DNA of 64,000 bases from Candidatus Buchananbacteria bacterium (GTDB lineage: Bacteria > Patescibacteriota > Patescibacteriia > CAIXNZ01): assembly GCA_014729025.1 (NCBI GenBank), contig WJKP01000014.1:543-64542 (forward strand). The letters are read 5' to 3'. Position 1 is the first letter of the stretch. Each line of letters starts with the position of its first letter. Shown piece by piece: positions 29,775-40,948 of this stretch. The notes under the pieces are model-generated. The model was not told the origin of the DNA. It worked only from the letters and a program-made list of their open reading frames with translations, and searched no databases. The position numbers were made by a program, and so were the translations under genes.

Positions 29775-32700
29775 TTAAGGAGTAGAGCCTTTTTTCTTTT
29801 CGCTTACCTTATAACCAATTTTTTTCATTTTACTTTTGAATTTCGCTAATTCACCATTAAAAGCTTTTGAATTAGGAGCTGTTTGTAAAGCTGATATTAA
29901 ATTATTAAATTCCTGTTCTACTAAATTGGGATCGATACTGTCTTCATTGAGAGCACCTCCTGTTATTTCATCTTTCAAATGCTTAATAAGTCCGTCTACT
30001 TTAAATTGCATTCTACTTGGATCTTTATTACCTTTTTCAAACTGCTCTTGAATTGAATCAGCATAATTACGCATTTTAACTGAAGCTGATTTCTTTAATT
30101 CTTCTGTATCTCTATGTCTATCTTTAATTTTTGATTCATTCTCAATTAATACTTCGGCTGTTTTGGTCGCATTAGAACCTTTCAATCCTGTATTATCGGA
30201 AATTTGCTTAGCTATAACTTTTATACGCTCCTGCTTATCTTGCTCCTCCTCAGTTGCTTCTAACATCTCAAAAGCTTCGTCGTCAATATATTTTACAGCT
30301 TGTTGCTTTGCAGTTGCTGAAGCGGCTGGTGGCATAACATTTTTCACATTATCTTCAATAACAGCTCGTGCGCCTTCTTTTTTTCTAATTTTATTAATTT
30401 TTTGGGCAATATTTTTATTTTTCGTACCCTCTTTTTGAACACGACCGTCATCATCATATTCGGCACTGACCGCTTTATATAATTTTTGGTGTCTTTCTAA
30501 TTCTGGGGCTGACAGATTAGCTGTTTGATCATCCATTTTTTTATAATATTTTTCGATCCTGGCTTCCCATTGGCTATCAGTTTCTGATAGACCTGTTGTC
30601 GGATCAATTCTGCGATGTAAGCTTTGATCAAAATGTTGTTTATTGTTTTCAATAATTTCTCTTCGCTCAGCATTATTTTGCGCAAAACGCATTTCTTCTT
30701 TAACTTTAACATTGGCACGCGAAGGATCATCCCAGCCTGAAACACTGGCTACTTTATAAGTCAAGCCGTCCATCTCTGCACCTGCAAAATCTGGAGATTC
30801 ACTTGGATCACCAAAATCTTTTTGCTTGGCTATCTTATTAGCTTGATCATCACTCACACTGGCCGTGCCTTCACGAACTTCTTTCCTTTTACTTTGTAAA
30901 ACATCACCCAATCTGGCCACATTATAAAAATCAGAACCAATATCAGTACCACTGCTTACCAAATTTTGTAAAGCTTCTTGTTTGTCTTGAGATAAATCCT
31001 TAAAAGCCTTTGAGCTTGTATCAAGTTTATAAGTACCGTCGTTATTTTTTTCAGTAATACTTTTCATTTCAACATCACTTAAATCGACTGCGTTACCACT
31101 ATTATCTACGGCATTACGCATAGAAGCCTCGCCTCTTTGTTCTAAGTCACTTAAATCTTCATATTCATTAGTTTCTTCATTATAAACCAATGAAGAAAAA
31201 GCTTTTTTCCTACCAGTTGATTTTTCCACTCGGTCTTCCATGTCTTCTAAAAATAATTGTTTTTCTAATTTATCCTTATCCTTAAAAAAACCTGCTTGTT
31301 GTAGCTGTTTAACTTCTTTATTGGTTAATTTACCATTATCAGCCAACGTCTGAGCATAAAATTCCATGGCTTCTTTATTTTTACTTACTGCATCTAAATC
31401 CTTAACATTACCGTCTTCATCTATATTAGTTTCACCCCCTAAAATTTCTTTTTTAAATTGTTTTTTAACTTCTGCGGCATTTTTTTTATTGATATCCGTC
31501 CTTGTTTCACCATAAGCTTCAGCATGCTTAGCATCAGTCTCTCTTTTTGTTGCACTACCTACAATCGGTTTTTTTATTGCTGCTTGTAATTTTTCCATTC
31601 CTCTAGCCCTTCCTGCCTTAGTTAAATATTTACCCACACGAGACCGTTCTAATCTTTGAGCTCCGGCTTCTCTAGTAGCACCTACTAAAGGCTTGGCTGC
31701 TCTACCAGCCCATCTAGCTGGGGCTGTTACGGCTCTGGCTGATCGTCTAGCACCTCTTTCCAGTGTATTTTGGGCGGTATTTTTCATTTTATCTGCGGCT
31801 CGGCCAGCCATTCCAGAACCAGCTACGGCAAATTCTTGAGAAAATTTTAAACCACCCACTAACATAAGAATCCCCATCATAATAGAAATCATATTATCCA
31901 TGCTACCGGCTTTACTATTAAGAATCTGCTGGCCTTGTCGTTTCCCAAAATCATATTGATCACTTGGTACCATTTGATCATGATTAAGATTAACCATGGT
32001 TAAAAGTGCTAGCCAAAGAAAAAAAGCCATAAAAGGACCGATCATACAATAATTGAAAAATTGCCCCCACCATTTACTGGCCAAAGAACCGACAGTACCA
32101 CCTTGTCCTTGAAAAACCCAAGCAAAAAAAGCTAATGGAGAAAAAACAACCAAAGCCCATAAAGCAACTATTCTAAAAGCCAAAATTATACAAAAAATTA
32201 ATAAAACAATCAAAGTAACTACAGTATAAATTAAACCTAAAATAGATGCAGCTATCATGGTTAGTCCTTCATTCCAATCTATTTTATCTTCTAAAGCACC
32301 AATGGGATCCTCAGCTATTCGAAACCAATCGGTCATGGCTAAACCTTTAAAAATATTACCGGCCGAAATATCCTTATAAGCATTAACAAAAGTTATCATT
32401 AAAACTTGGAAAAAATCTATAATTAAACCGCAAATAGTCTTGCTAAAATTTACCAAAATTGCCATAATCAATAGCCTGGCCAAAAGCTTATTCCATTGAT
32501 ATTTTTCAATTTTTAAAACAGTCACAAAAGCAATAAAAAGTAAGCCTAAAATAAAAAACATGTTAACCAAGTCACGCAAAATTACCCAGCCTTCATTAAC
32601 ATAGGGATTATCAATAAACCGATTATACATACTTATCCATACAATAACTTCCATCAGCAATATAACCAATTCCCCACAGAGCTGTGTCAAAACACCAATC

Positions 32701-32987
32701 AAAAAAACAAGACCACGAATAATAACAGTCCAAGCATTAGTAACGATCGATTTGCCTAATTCAGCAGCACCCTCTTTGACTTTAGCCTTAGCAGCGGATT
32801 GACCGGCACCCAAAAGTGCTTGGCCTATTGTAACGGCCGCTTGGATTTGAGCGTTGGCTTCTTTTATTTCTGATTTAAAATTAAATTCATTATCAATATC
32901 AATACTAATATTAAAAAATGTTAATAAAAAAAGAAAAAATAAAGGTATTATGATTATGTTTTTATGTTTTTTAAAAAAATTCAACAT
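29775..32987 (-). CDS. VirB6/TrbL-like polytopic membrane protein with long charged C-terminal tail
   Basis: GWVILRDLVNMFFI, LLIMAILVNFS, WALVVFSPLAF, KWW motifs; about 650-aa soluble tail. Confidence 0.75.
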   Translation of the reverse strand: MLNFFKKHKNIIIIPLFFLFLLTFFNISIDIDNEFNFKSEIKEANAQIQAAVTIGQALLGAGQSAAKAKVKEGAAELGKSIVTNAWTVIIRGLVFLIGVLTQLCGELVILLMEVIVWISMYNRFIDNPYVNEGWVILRDLVNMFFILGLLFIAFVTVLKIEKYQWNKLLARLLIMAILVNFSKTICGLIIDFFQVLMITFVNAYKDISAGNIFKGLAMTDWFRIAEDPIGALEDKIDWNEGLTMIAASILGLIYTVVTLIVLLIFCIILAFRIVALWALVVFSPLAFFAWVFQGQGGTVGSLASKWWGQFFNYCMIGPFMAFFLWLALLTMVNLNHDQMVPSDQYDFGKRQGQQILNSKAGSMDNMISIMMGILMLVGGLKFSQEFAVAGSGMAGRAADKMKNTAQNTLERGARRSARAVTAPARWAGRAAKPLVGATREAGAQRLERSRVGKYLTKAGRARGMEKLQAAIKKPIVGSATKRETDAKHAEAYGETRTDINKKNAAEVKKQFKKEILGGETNIDEDGNVKDLDAVSKNKEAMEFYAQTLADNGKLTNKEVKQLQQAGFFKDKDKLEKQLFLEDMEDRVEKSTGRKKAFSSLVYNEETNEYEDLSDLEQRGEASMRNAVDNSGNAVDLSDVEMKSITEKNNDGTYKLDTSSKAFKDLSQDKQEALQNLVSSGTDIGSDFYNVARLGDVLQSKRKEVREGTASVSDDQANKIAKQKDFGDPSESPDFAGAEMDGLTYKVASVSGWDDPSRANVKVKEEMRFAQNNAERREIIENNKQHFDQSLHRRIDPTTGLSETDSQWEARIEKYYKKMDDQTANLSAPELERHQKLYKAVSAEYDDDGRVQKEGTKNKNIAQKINKIRKKEGARAVIEDNVKNVMPPAASATAKQQAVKYIDDEAFEMLEATEEEQDKQERIKVIAKQISDNTGLKGSNATKTAEVLIENESKIKDRHRDTEELKKSASVKMRNYADSIQEQFEKGNKDPSRMQFKVDGLIKHLKDEITGGALNEDSIDPNLVEQEFNNLISALQTAPNSKAFNGELAKFKSKMKKIGYKVSEKKKGSTP

Positions 32988-32995
32988 AAGTTATT

Positions 32996-35900
32996 TTATT
33001 GGTAATCTTCTAAATTAATTAAAAATGGATAAAAAGTTATACAGGCATAAGGCTGATAATTATTATTCGTATCATATAAATCATTAAAAATGCCGTTATA
33101 AACCGGATTTAAAGTATCAAATTCCAAACACATACCTTCCAACCCATTAACCTCTGTCATGGTCTCTATTTCTGATGTATCCTCACAATCAGGATCTGGT
33201 AATGCTCCTTTTAATGTCTCTGGGGCATAACAAAGATTATTATTGGTTGGCTCATCAGGAAAATAGGTTGTAACTCCGCCGGCTTTAACTTCATAATAAT
33301 TGCACATATTACCCAAGGTATCTGGACTGGTTGACGGACTATAAGTATTTAAAATATTTTTATATTCTTGCTGTTGAGATAATTGAAAGGGCAAGGGTGA
33401 ACTTTTTTCCGGGAATATTTTGCAAATCGGTTCGGTATAGCGTTCATCATCTAAATTGCCTAACTCATTAACAACAGGGTATTGGTCAAATTGTTTATTT
33501 AATTCAGCTTCAATTGGGAATCTTTCCGGAATAGTATACCCTGAATAATCACCAGCTCGCCATTGAGTCAGCCTGGTTAATTCTCCAGCGCCAAAACGAT
33601 AAATATAACCGCTTTTACTTTCATAATCACTTATCCGCTTTACAACAATGGGATCAGAATCTAGATTATAACGCACATTATCTTTTTTAGGTGAAAATTT
33701 GGTACATTCACCGGCAAACTCTTCACGGCATAAATCAATTTCAGTACAAAAACCATTACTATCTTTTTCAGCACAAATTGCCCATTCAGCGCAATTGCGA
33801 TCTTTTTTAACTTTTAAAATCTCATTGGTATTATTAAAAGTATTTAAAAATTCAACACAGCCTTGATTCCAATCAACATTGGTACAAGCTGAACGATTAA
33901 TATCATTACCAGCATCTATTACAAAATAACTGTCTTCTGTATTATCTTTTATCTCTATTTGATCATAAAGAATATAAGAACTTGGACAATTTCCTTCATC
34001 AGTCCTTACATTTTCATTACGCGGCGCATAAATAATCACTTCATAATTTTGCAAATCGTCATATTCAATCCAATCATTAACTGGCTGATTATTTTCATCA
34101 ACAACTGATTCACAGTCAAGTTTGCTTGTAAAATTAGGATCTGAACATTCACCATGAGGAACCGTAAATAAAATCTCTACTTTTTTCCAGTCAGTTTCCG
34201 CCTCATAATTATAAGCTAAACCTGGTTCAGTATTGTTTTGATCAATATAACGATTAATCGCAATTGTCGCTTCAGGCAAAGGACAATCATCACCTTTACC
34301 TTGAGCGTCAGCCGGTACTTTATAATAAAAACTGGCTTTATAAGTTTTACCTTTTTCCAAAAAGGCTACTTTTTGTTTAATGCCAAAACTTGGCACCACA
34401 TCTTCATCCAATTCACAATCAGGATTATCACGAATATAAGTGCTTGGACAATCTTGCGTAGTATTTTTTATTAATTTAACGGCTTTTGAACCCGATTTAA
34501 CATCATCAGTTTCTATTTGTTGATTGCCGGCATCGGCTGCTATAGTTGTCCAACTTGAAAGGCGACCATCTGGATTAAATTCAAAGCTACCATTAGCTAC
34601 ATAATTAGGATTAATATCAACAAATTCATTGCAACCATCCCAGCGGTCATCACATTCACCGACATAACCTTTATATTTATTGGCTTCAAAAACTTTATAA
34701 ATAGTAAAAGGTGTAGCCAAACATTGCCCGCTATCAAGCCATTCGCCGTTTCCTAAAACACAAGATTCCTGATCATTGATATCATTTAAAATAACTGTAC
34801 ATTGATCATAATCAAGACTCCAGCCACCACCATTGGCTTCACACTCTTCTGGAGTATTATAAGCCAAAGAACCGCAACCCAAAGTTTGACTGCCTTTTTT
34901 AAACCAACCTTTAACGTTTTGGTTATTAACGATTTTTTCACCGTATTGACATAATTTAGTCGGTTCAATTTTATAATATTCAGGACTTCCCAATTCATTG
35001 ACTAATTCAGTGCAACCTAAACCTTGGTGACTGCACATAGTTGCTTGAGGTACATTAATATATCGGTCCGGATTATTTTTTAAATATATATCTTCAAAAC
35101 CGGTATTTTGCAAACCTTCAAAAATCGGTCGGCCAAATCTTTGACAACCTTTATTATTAGACGAGCACCGATAATTATCATCTAAAACCAATGTGATTAA
35201 TTCATCGCTTGGGACCTGATAATCATCCAAATAAGTCGTATTATCATTATTAAAATTCTGCTGATTAGGATTGATTGAATTTTGAGTATCCATTAAAACT
35301 TGACAGCCAACCGCACTTTCACGGCATAAATTAGTAAAAGATTTTAAATTATGCCTTTGCCCTAATGAATCATCATAAGCTTGGCAGCCTAACATGGGAT
35401 GGGGATCATTAGGGTCTTTGACGCCAAAAATATTTCTATCACAGCTATCCGGAGTAAACCAGCTATTTTTGAGCACATAAACATTATCGCGAATAACCCT
35501 AAGGGCAATATTATCCAAATAAATCGGTGTATCTATTTCAGTAAAAACTAATCGATTATCAGTTACATCTGACCAGCTAACCAAAACCGGTCCCAGATTA
35601 TAATTTTGCCATTCATCAGTCAATGTAATTTGATTATCAACTGAAGCAAATTCTTCTAAAGTTGTCTGATCTTCATCTGCTGTAGCAGTACTAAATCTTA
35701 TACTTATATCTTCACTTTGACCGGCTGATTTAGCCCAAAATGATAAAGTATAAAGATTACCTTGCTGAATATCAACCTGTTTATTAATACTATTAAATTC
35801 TGAGGGCACAAATAATGAATGGCCACCGACTTGAACTGACTCACCAACCATAGTTAAGCCACTACCTTGCTCAGACAAACCACTATACCAATCCAATTGA

Positions 35901-38900
35901 CCCTGCTCAAAATTGTCAAAAACTTGCATATAAACATTATTCCCCTGATTGCCAATAAAAGCCCGGCAACCATTAGCCTCAGCCCGGCAACTAATACCTT
36001 CGCTAGGAATAGCGTCATAAAGACAAGCATTTATATCACCTTGCCAGCGACCATTAGTAACCAAACAATTTTCTTCTGTTGATTCTGTTTTTCTATAAGG
36101 ATGGCAATCCTCGGATACAGAAATAGTTTTTCTAATATCACGATAATATTCATTGCCTTGATTATCAAAAAAATTAATACAATTAAAATCATTTTCTCCA
36201 ATCGTCAAACGACAATCACCTTCACCATCAATTATTTTTGGGGCGCCGGTCTGCTCATCTTGCTGAAATTCATATCTGACCAATTGCGGCGGGCCGCTAG
36301 ACGAACCTTGCCAACTAAAAAATGTTTTCTCCCCTAAATCAAGGTCAGGCCTAATACATTGTCTTAAATAAGTAAAATATTCTATACCTTCACCGCCTTG
36401 AGCAACTTCGTCTAAATTAGTAAATTGAGCACAACCAACTTCAGCGTAACTACATTGAGTTGCGGTTTCTGGAATAAAATAATGATAAAGCGGATCAGGC
36501 TCTGGTTCATATAAAGCTGCTTCCTGCTTATAAGTATCATAACCAACACATTCCGCGGGGCAATAATCAGTCGCACTAACTACGCCCGGTATATCAGGCC
36601 CGCCAGCTAATGGCGTATAAAGTTGACAGCCAGCTTCCTCTGCTAGACATATTTTGGAAAAATTATCACAAGCATCAGCGTCAGGTGCGTATTGATAACA
36701 ATCAATACTGTCTTTATATATTAATTCTTCATCCCAATAACCATTATTAGCTTGACAATTTTGTTTGGTTAATGGAGAAATATCTAAAACTGGAGCAGGA
36801 TCACCTTCGCCATACCCCTGACAATTTAAACGTTCTGGTGGCTTTTTATAATAAACTTTGCTGTTTAATTCATAATCCTGATACTGAGAAATAAAATTAT
36901 AATTTCTGACCTGTTCAATAGTATTAAGCGACAAATCAAGACCATCAACATAAACCGTGGCACCTGTCTGGCCGCCAGGTAAATTTAACCAAACATCCAG
37001 CTGCGTACCAGCATTAGTAGTAATTAAAGTACTATCAACTTGTGAATAAAATTCCGTGGCATAAATTTCATTACTATTAATTTCCTGATCACCGCCTAAA
37101 TAAGTTTTTACAAGATTAAAACCAATCGGTTGATTTAAGCTTTGATTGGCTGCAATATAAGCTGTTGCCGTATAAACATCACCGCCTTTGGTTAATATTT
37201 TATTATTATCATTAAAACTACTAGTATAGACTAATTGCAATTCTTCATTATCACCTAAATTACTGATATCTATTTCTAGTCGGCTCAACCCGCTATAAAC
37301 ATTAGAACCTTCTTTAGAAACCTGAGCCAAATCACTAAACGGGCCGTATCCGCGCCATTCACCTAAAAAATCATCACATTGATTTTTATTTTGCGGATTA
37401 TTAACTCGGTCATCAGAACCATACAAAGCAGCTCCCTGACAGAATTCTGACCAACTGGCATTATCATTGGCTAAACAATCTGCTTCCGATTGTAATTCGG
37501 GTTCATTTTTAACAACACCTTCAATTTGGCATTGCTCTACCCAAGCACCGCCATGGTTTAAACATTTATCTTCGGCGCTAACACCACCCTCATCAGTAAA
37601 TTGCGGGTTTGCGCATAAATTATATTTTAAAACACTATAAATACACGTTCTTTGATAATTACCGCCAGAGGCCAAACAATCGGTTTCATCAACATCCCTA
37701 TTAACTGCTACCTGACAAACATTAATCCAATTGGCTCCAGCTGCCAAACAATCTGCTTCTGTTTGACTTACCCCATCATTACAAATACTTTCCCAAGTCC
37801 CACCATTATTCAAACAAGTTACTTGATCAGCATAATTATAATCCAAACATATTTCATTATATCTACCATCCAATGATTCGCATTCACCCTCACCAGTAAC
37901 TCTGGCTTTTAATCTTAAATCCCAATTTTGGGGAAAATAACCTTGCTGAGTGTATTCAAAACTAGAATCAGTTACTAAATTATTATTAGGCTCACGATAT
38001 AAGAAAAATTCATTACAGCCCTCTTGATTCCGATCACAAATTTCCGCATAACGATTTAAATAAATTCTTTCAGATGCGCAACCTTGACCTTCTACCCAAG
38101 TCCCGTCAATGGCTGGGTCTGTACAAGTTGAATCATCAAATTCAGAAAAATCTTTCCATAATCCAGCTACGGTTTTAGTTGCATACCAAATACAACCGGC
38201 ATTATAATCACCGCAAGTATCACTACCGCTTAAAGTATTTTTTAAATAAGAAACTGACCGAGTACCTTGAGCATCAGTCAATGTATAGGTCCGACAACTA
38301 TTAAATTCTTCCGGGCAAGAGTCAGCTGTAAACTGCCAACTATTTTCTTCTTTAACACAAATGCCATAATCTTCATCAACACAACCACCTCGATCATCTT
38401 CTTTTAAACAGCTAGCAAAATCAGGACAGCTTGAATATCGCTGACCGGTTGAATTCGTAACCAATAACTCGTTATAAGGCTCCAGATCTGTTTTTAAAGC
38501 GCATTTGGTAGCTGGTAATTTTAAAACCCAATTAGGATCAACTAAATTACAAAACGGCGATTCATCAATATCAAAATCACCGCAACGACCTGAACCAGCT
38601 TTATAAAAACCATTAACTACATCGGCTAAAGTCGCATTAACAACTTGATTTAATTTTTGTTGATTATAAGCTTTGATTTCATCTAAATCTTCTGCGCCAA
38701 ACCCGGCATACGGTTTAAAAATACAATTCCTTAATTTTTGAGTTTTATAAGGTTCAACATCAAATAAATTGTAACCATAACGTGAACAATCAGTCCCAGC
38801 GTCACAAATGTCTTGGAATTCATCATAATCGATTTCTTGCCTATAATTACAATCTCTAATTAATTCAGCTGCCAATTCTAAGCCTAAGGGCACTACTCTG

Positions 38901-40909
38901 GCTTTTCTTAATTTTTTAATATTAGCTAAATGATAAGTACCCGGTTCAGTTTCTTCTCCCCAAGAAAATTTATAATCACCGATTAATTTTCTTTGCTCCA
39001 TTGCCTGCGTAATTGTTAATTCATCATTAATTGCTAAAGCAAAATTAGGGTCTATAACATTATTATAAATATTAGGATTAACCTCCCCTTCAAGGTTTAA
39101 CTGAAATTCTGATAATAAATCCACATCTTTATAAGAATAATTGACCTGATATTGTTTAGCCAATCTTTCCACATAACTCCTTACTCCTTCACCAGTAATT
39201 ACTTCTTGCTCAAATGGATTATAAATATCAAGAAACGGTGCTGGTTCAAAACCAGGTTGTTCCAATTCGCTAGCGGTTTTTTTTAATTTTTTATAAGATT
39301 CTGTTTCCTGTTCCCCGCTATATAATGCTTGTAATAATCTTTGGGTCAATTCGTTCCAAAGTGTTTCCAAAAATACGCCTAAAGCATCAGCAGCAATGTT
39401 TTTTGTATAATAACTGGCTGTTTTTTTACCGGCCACAATATCTTCTTCGGCTTTTTTTCGTATAATATTAGACGGTGTCCTAATAGTATCACCGATTCTA
39501 TCGGTTATTGATTTCCAGCCATTATTAACTGTTGCCTGCAAATGACGATTTAAAGCTTCATTTAAACCGATTGTTGCCATTTCCCTAGATAAAGTCTCAT
39601 AAGCATTAAATTCATTGGCTTCAGGACTAAATAAATCTTTAGCTAAAGCAAAATTATAAGCTGCACTGCCTTCAAAAAAATCAGGGTTAAGTTGTTCACG
39701 AACCTGAGTTCTTAAAAATTCAAAACCACTTTTTAATGAATTAGTCAAATTAATAACATAATTAACTTTAGTAGTATAATCATTTCTAAATGCTCTTTCT
39801 AATTGCTCACCCAATTCTGGGCCAACCCGCGCAGAAGTCGGGGGTGGAGTAACATTTAAATCATTTAAAATTACTTCGCATCTGCCCGGCCGATTAGCCA
39901 ATTCAGCCGGACCTTTGTTTTTACAAAAATTATAAGTATCTTGAATTTGATCAATTTTTTCTATTTGCGGATTAATTTTATTAACCCAAGCTTCTCTAAT
40001 TAATGGAATATTTTCCGGTACTATCCGATAACTGCCAATACCTTGACTTAATTGGGCTTCAGTATCAGATAAAGCATAATTAAGCATTATACTAACATCA
40101 TTTTCCATTTCTTGGGTATTTCTTTTTAAATTATCAGCACTCTCTTTTAAAGCTCTTTGAATACTGTTTTCCGGACAAATAACATTTAAACCTTCATTTA
40201 ATACTGAACAATCAACACTATAACCATTTAACCTAAAATCCCAAATTTGCAAAGTTTGGTCTTGAGTTAAAACTGTTGTCATTAATTCAGTATTTTCTTG
40301 AAATTGTCCGCCAGCGCCAATCCCAAAATCAGCAGAAATAAAATCTTCTAAATTTCTTTGGCCTATCTCTTCCCAGTGGCTTCTTAATTCTGTCCAGGAA
40401 CAATCAGGTTGATAGCCTTGCCATTCCGGAAAGGACGGAATATTTATAGCTAAATCAATTGCAATACTGGGATCAAGAGTACAAACATTAATACCAGTCA
40501 CATCTTGTATTACTGTCTGCACAAAATCACCAATCGCTGCATCGGCATAGCCGGAAACAAACCCCTCAAGATCAGTAATAAATTGAGGTCCCTCACCTTG
40601 ACCGCCACTAGCCACCCAAACCGCTGTTTGCTGCGCCATTAAATTAGCTAAATTCCCCAAAACATTTTTAAAAAAAACCGCTTTAATTTCGTCCCAAATT
40701 TTAGACAGCAATCTGTCAGTTGATTCTTCTGTCTGATAAATCGTATCTATTGCTGTTTTATTTGGCACTGATCCCATTTCAATAACCGGTAAAGGTACTG
40801 GTTGGGCATTAACCTTTGATACATCTACATAAAAATTAGTTAAAATAAAAATTAAAGCAATAATACCAATTATAACTTTTTTAAATTTTGTTAAATTAGG
40901 CTTTAGCAT
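32996..40909 (-). CDS. Giant Cys-rich exported protein with CBM-like beta-sandwich domains
   Basis: 2637 aa, signal peptide, very many Cys, recurring C-x3-G-G-x-W motifs, N-x-V-x-N/D-x-SFE and Y-x-x-SF-W/Y-x-K signatures. Confidence 0.85.
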   Translation of the reverse strand: MLKPNLTKFKKVIIGIIALIFILTNFYVDVSKVNAQPVPLPVIEMGSVPNKTAIDTIYQTEESTDRLLSKIWDEIKAVFFKNVLGNLANLMAQQTAVWVASGGQGEGPQFITDLEGFVSGYADAAIGDFVQTVIQDVTGINVCTLDPSIAIDLAINIPSFPEWQGYQPDCSWTELRSHWEEIGQRNLEDFISADFGIGAGGQFQENTELMTTVLTQDQTLQIWDFRLNGYSVDCSVLNEGLNVICPENSIQRALKESADNLKRNTQEMENDVSIMLNYALSDTEAQLSQGIGSYRIVPENIPLIREAWVNKINPQIEKIDQIQDTYNFCKNKGPAELANRPGRCEVILNDLNVTPPPTSARVGPELGEQLERAFRNDYTTKVNYVINLTNSLKSGFEFLRTQVREQLNPDFFEGSAAYNFALAKDLFSPEANEFNAYETLSREMATIGLNEALNRHLQATVNNGWKSITDRIGDTIRTPSNIIRKKAEEDIVAGKKTASYYTKNIAADALGVFLETLWNELTQRLLQALYSGEQETESYKKLKKTASELEQPGFEPAPFLDIYNPFEQEVITGEGVRSYVERLAKQYQVNYSYKDVDLLSEFQLNLEGEVNPNIYNNVIDPNFALAINDELTITQAMEQRKLIGDYKFSWGEETEPGTYHLANIKKLRKARVVPLGLELAAELIRDCNYRQEIDYDEFQDICDAGTDCSRYGYNLFDVEPYKTQKLRNCIFKPYAGFGAEDLDEIKAYNQQKLNQVVNATLADVVNGFYKAGSGRCGDFDIDESPFCNLVDPNWVLKLPATKCALKTDLEPYNELLVTNSTGQRYSSCPDFASCLKEDDRGGCVDEDYGICVKEENSWQFTADSCPEEFNSCRTYTLTDAQGTRSVSYLKNTLSGSDTCGDYNAGCIWYATKTVAGLWKDFSEFDDSTCTDPAIDGTWVEGQGCASERIYLNRYAEICDRNQEGCNEFFLYREPNNNLVTDSSFEYTQQGYFPQNWDLRLKARVTGEGECESLDGRYNEICLDYNYADQVTCLNNGGTWESICNDGVSQTEADCLAAGANWINVCQVAVNRDVDETDCLASGGNYQRTCIYSVLKYNLCANPQFTDEGGVSAEDKCLNHGGAWVEQCQIEGVVKNEPELQSEADCLANDNASWSEFCQGAALYGSDDRVNNPQNKNQCDDFLGEWRGYGPFSDLAQVSKEGSNVYSGLSRLEIDISNLGDNEELQLVYTSSFNDNNKILTKGGDVYTATAYIAANQSLNQPIGFNLVKTYLGGDQEINSNEIYATEFYSQVDSTLITTNAGTQLDVWLNLPGGQTGATVYVDGLDLSLNTIEQVRNYNFISQYQDYELNSKVYYKKPPERLNCQGYGEGDPAPVLDISPLTKQNCQANNGYWDEELIYKDSIDCYQYAPDADACDNFSKICLAEEAGCQLYTPLAGGPDIPGVVSATDYCPAECVGYDTYKQEAALYEPEPDPLYHYFIPETATQCSYAEVGCAQFTNLDEVAQGGEGIEYFTYLRQCIRPDLDLGEKTFFSWQGSSSGPPQLVRYEFQQDEQTGAPKIIDGEGDCRLTIGENDFNCINFFDNQGNEYYRDIRKTISVSEDCHPYRKTESTEENCLVTNGRWQGDINACLYDAIPSEGISCRAEANGCRAFIGNQGNNVYMQVFDNFEQGQLDWYSGLSEQGSGLTMVGESVQVGGHSLFVPSEFNSINKQVDIQQGNLYTLSFWAKSAGQSEDISIRFSTATADEDQTTLEEFASVDNQITLTDEWQNYNLGPVLVSWSDVTDNRLVFTEIDTPIYLDNIALRVIRDNVYVLKNSWFTPDSCDRNIFGVKDPNDPHPMLGCQAYDDSLGQRHNLKSFTNLCRESAVGCQVLMDTQNSINPNQQNFNNDNTTYLDDYQVPSDELITLVLDDNYRCSSNNKGCQRFGRPIFEGLQNTGFEDIYLKNNPDRYINVPQATMCSHQGLGCTELVNELGSPEYYKIEPTKLCQYGEKIVNNQNVKGWFKKGSQTLGCGSLAYNTPEECEANGGGWSLDYDQCTVILNDINDQESCVLGNGEWLDSGQCLATPFTIYKVFEANKYKGYVGECDDRWDGCNEFVDINPNYVANGSFEFNPDGRLSSWTTIAADAGNQQIETDDVKSGSKAVKLIKNTTQDCPSTYIRDNPDCELDEDVVPSFGIKQKVAFLEKGKTYKASFYYKVPADAQGKGDDCPLPEATIAINRYIDQNNTEPGLAYNYEAETDWKKVEILFTVPHGECSDPNFTSKLDCESVVDENNQPVNDWIEYDDLQNYEVIIYAPRNENVRTDEGNCPSSYILYDQIEIKDNTEDSYFVIDAGNDINRSACTNVDWNQGCVEFLNTFNNTNEILKVKKDRNCAEWAICAEKDSNGFCTEIDLCREEFAGECTKFSPKKDNVRYNLDSDPIVVKRISDYESKSGYIYRFGAGELTRLTQWRAGDYSGYTIPERFPIEAELNKQFDQYPVVNELGNLDDERYTEPICKIFPEKSSPLPFQLSQQQEYKNILNTYSPSTSPDTLGNMCNYYEVKAGGVTTYFPDEPTNNNLCYAPETLKGALPDPDCEDTSEIETMTEVNGLEGMCLEFDTLNPVYNGIFNDLYDTNNNYQPYACITFYPFLINLEDYQ

Positions 40910-40948
40910 AGCCGAGAGCTTATTTTATTTAAAATTTGTATATTAAAA

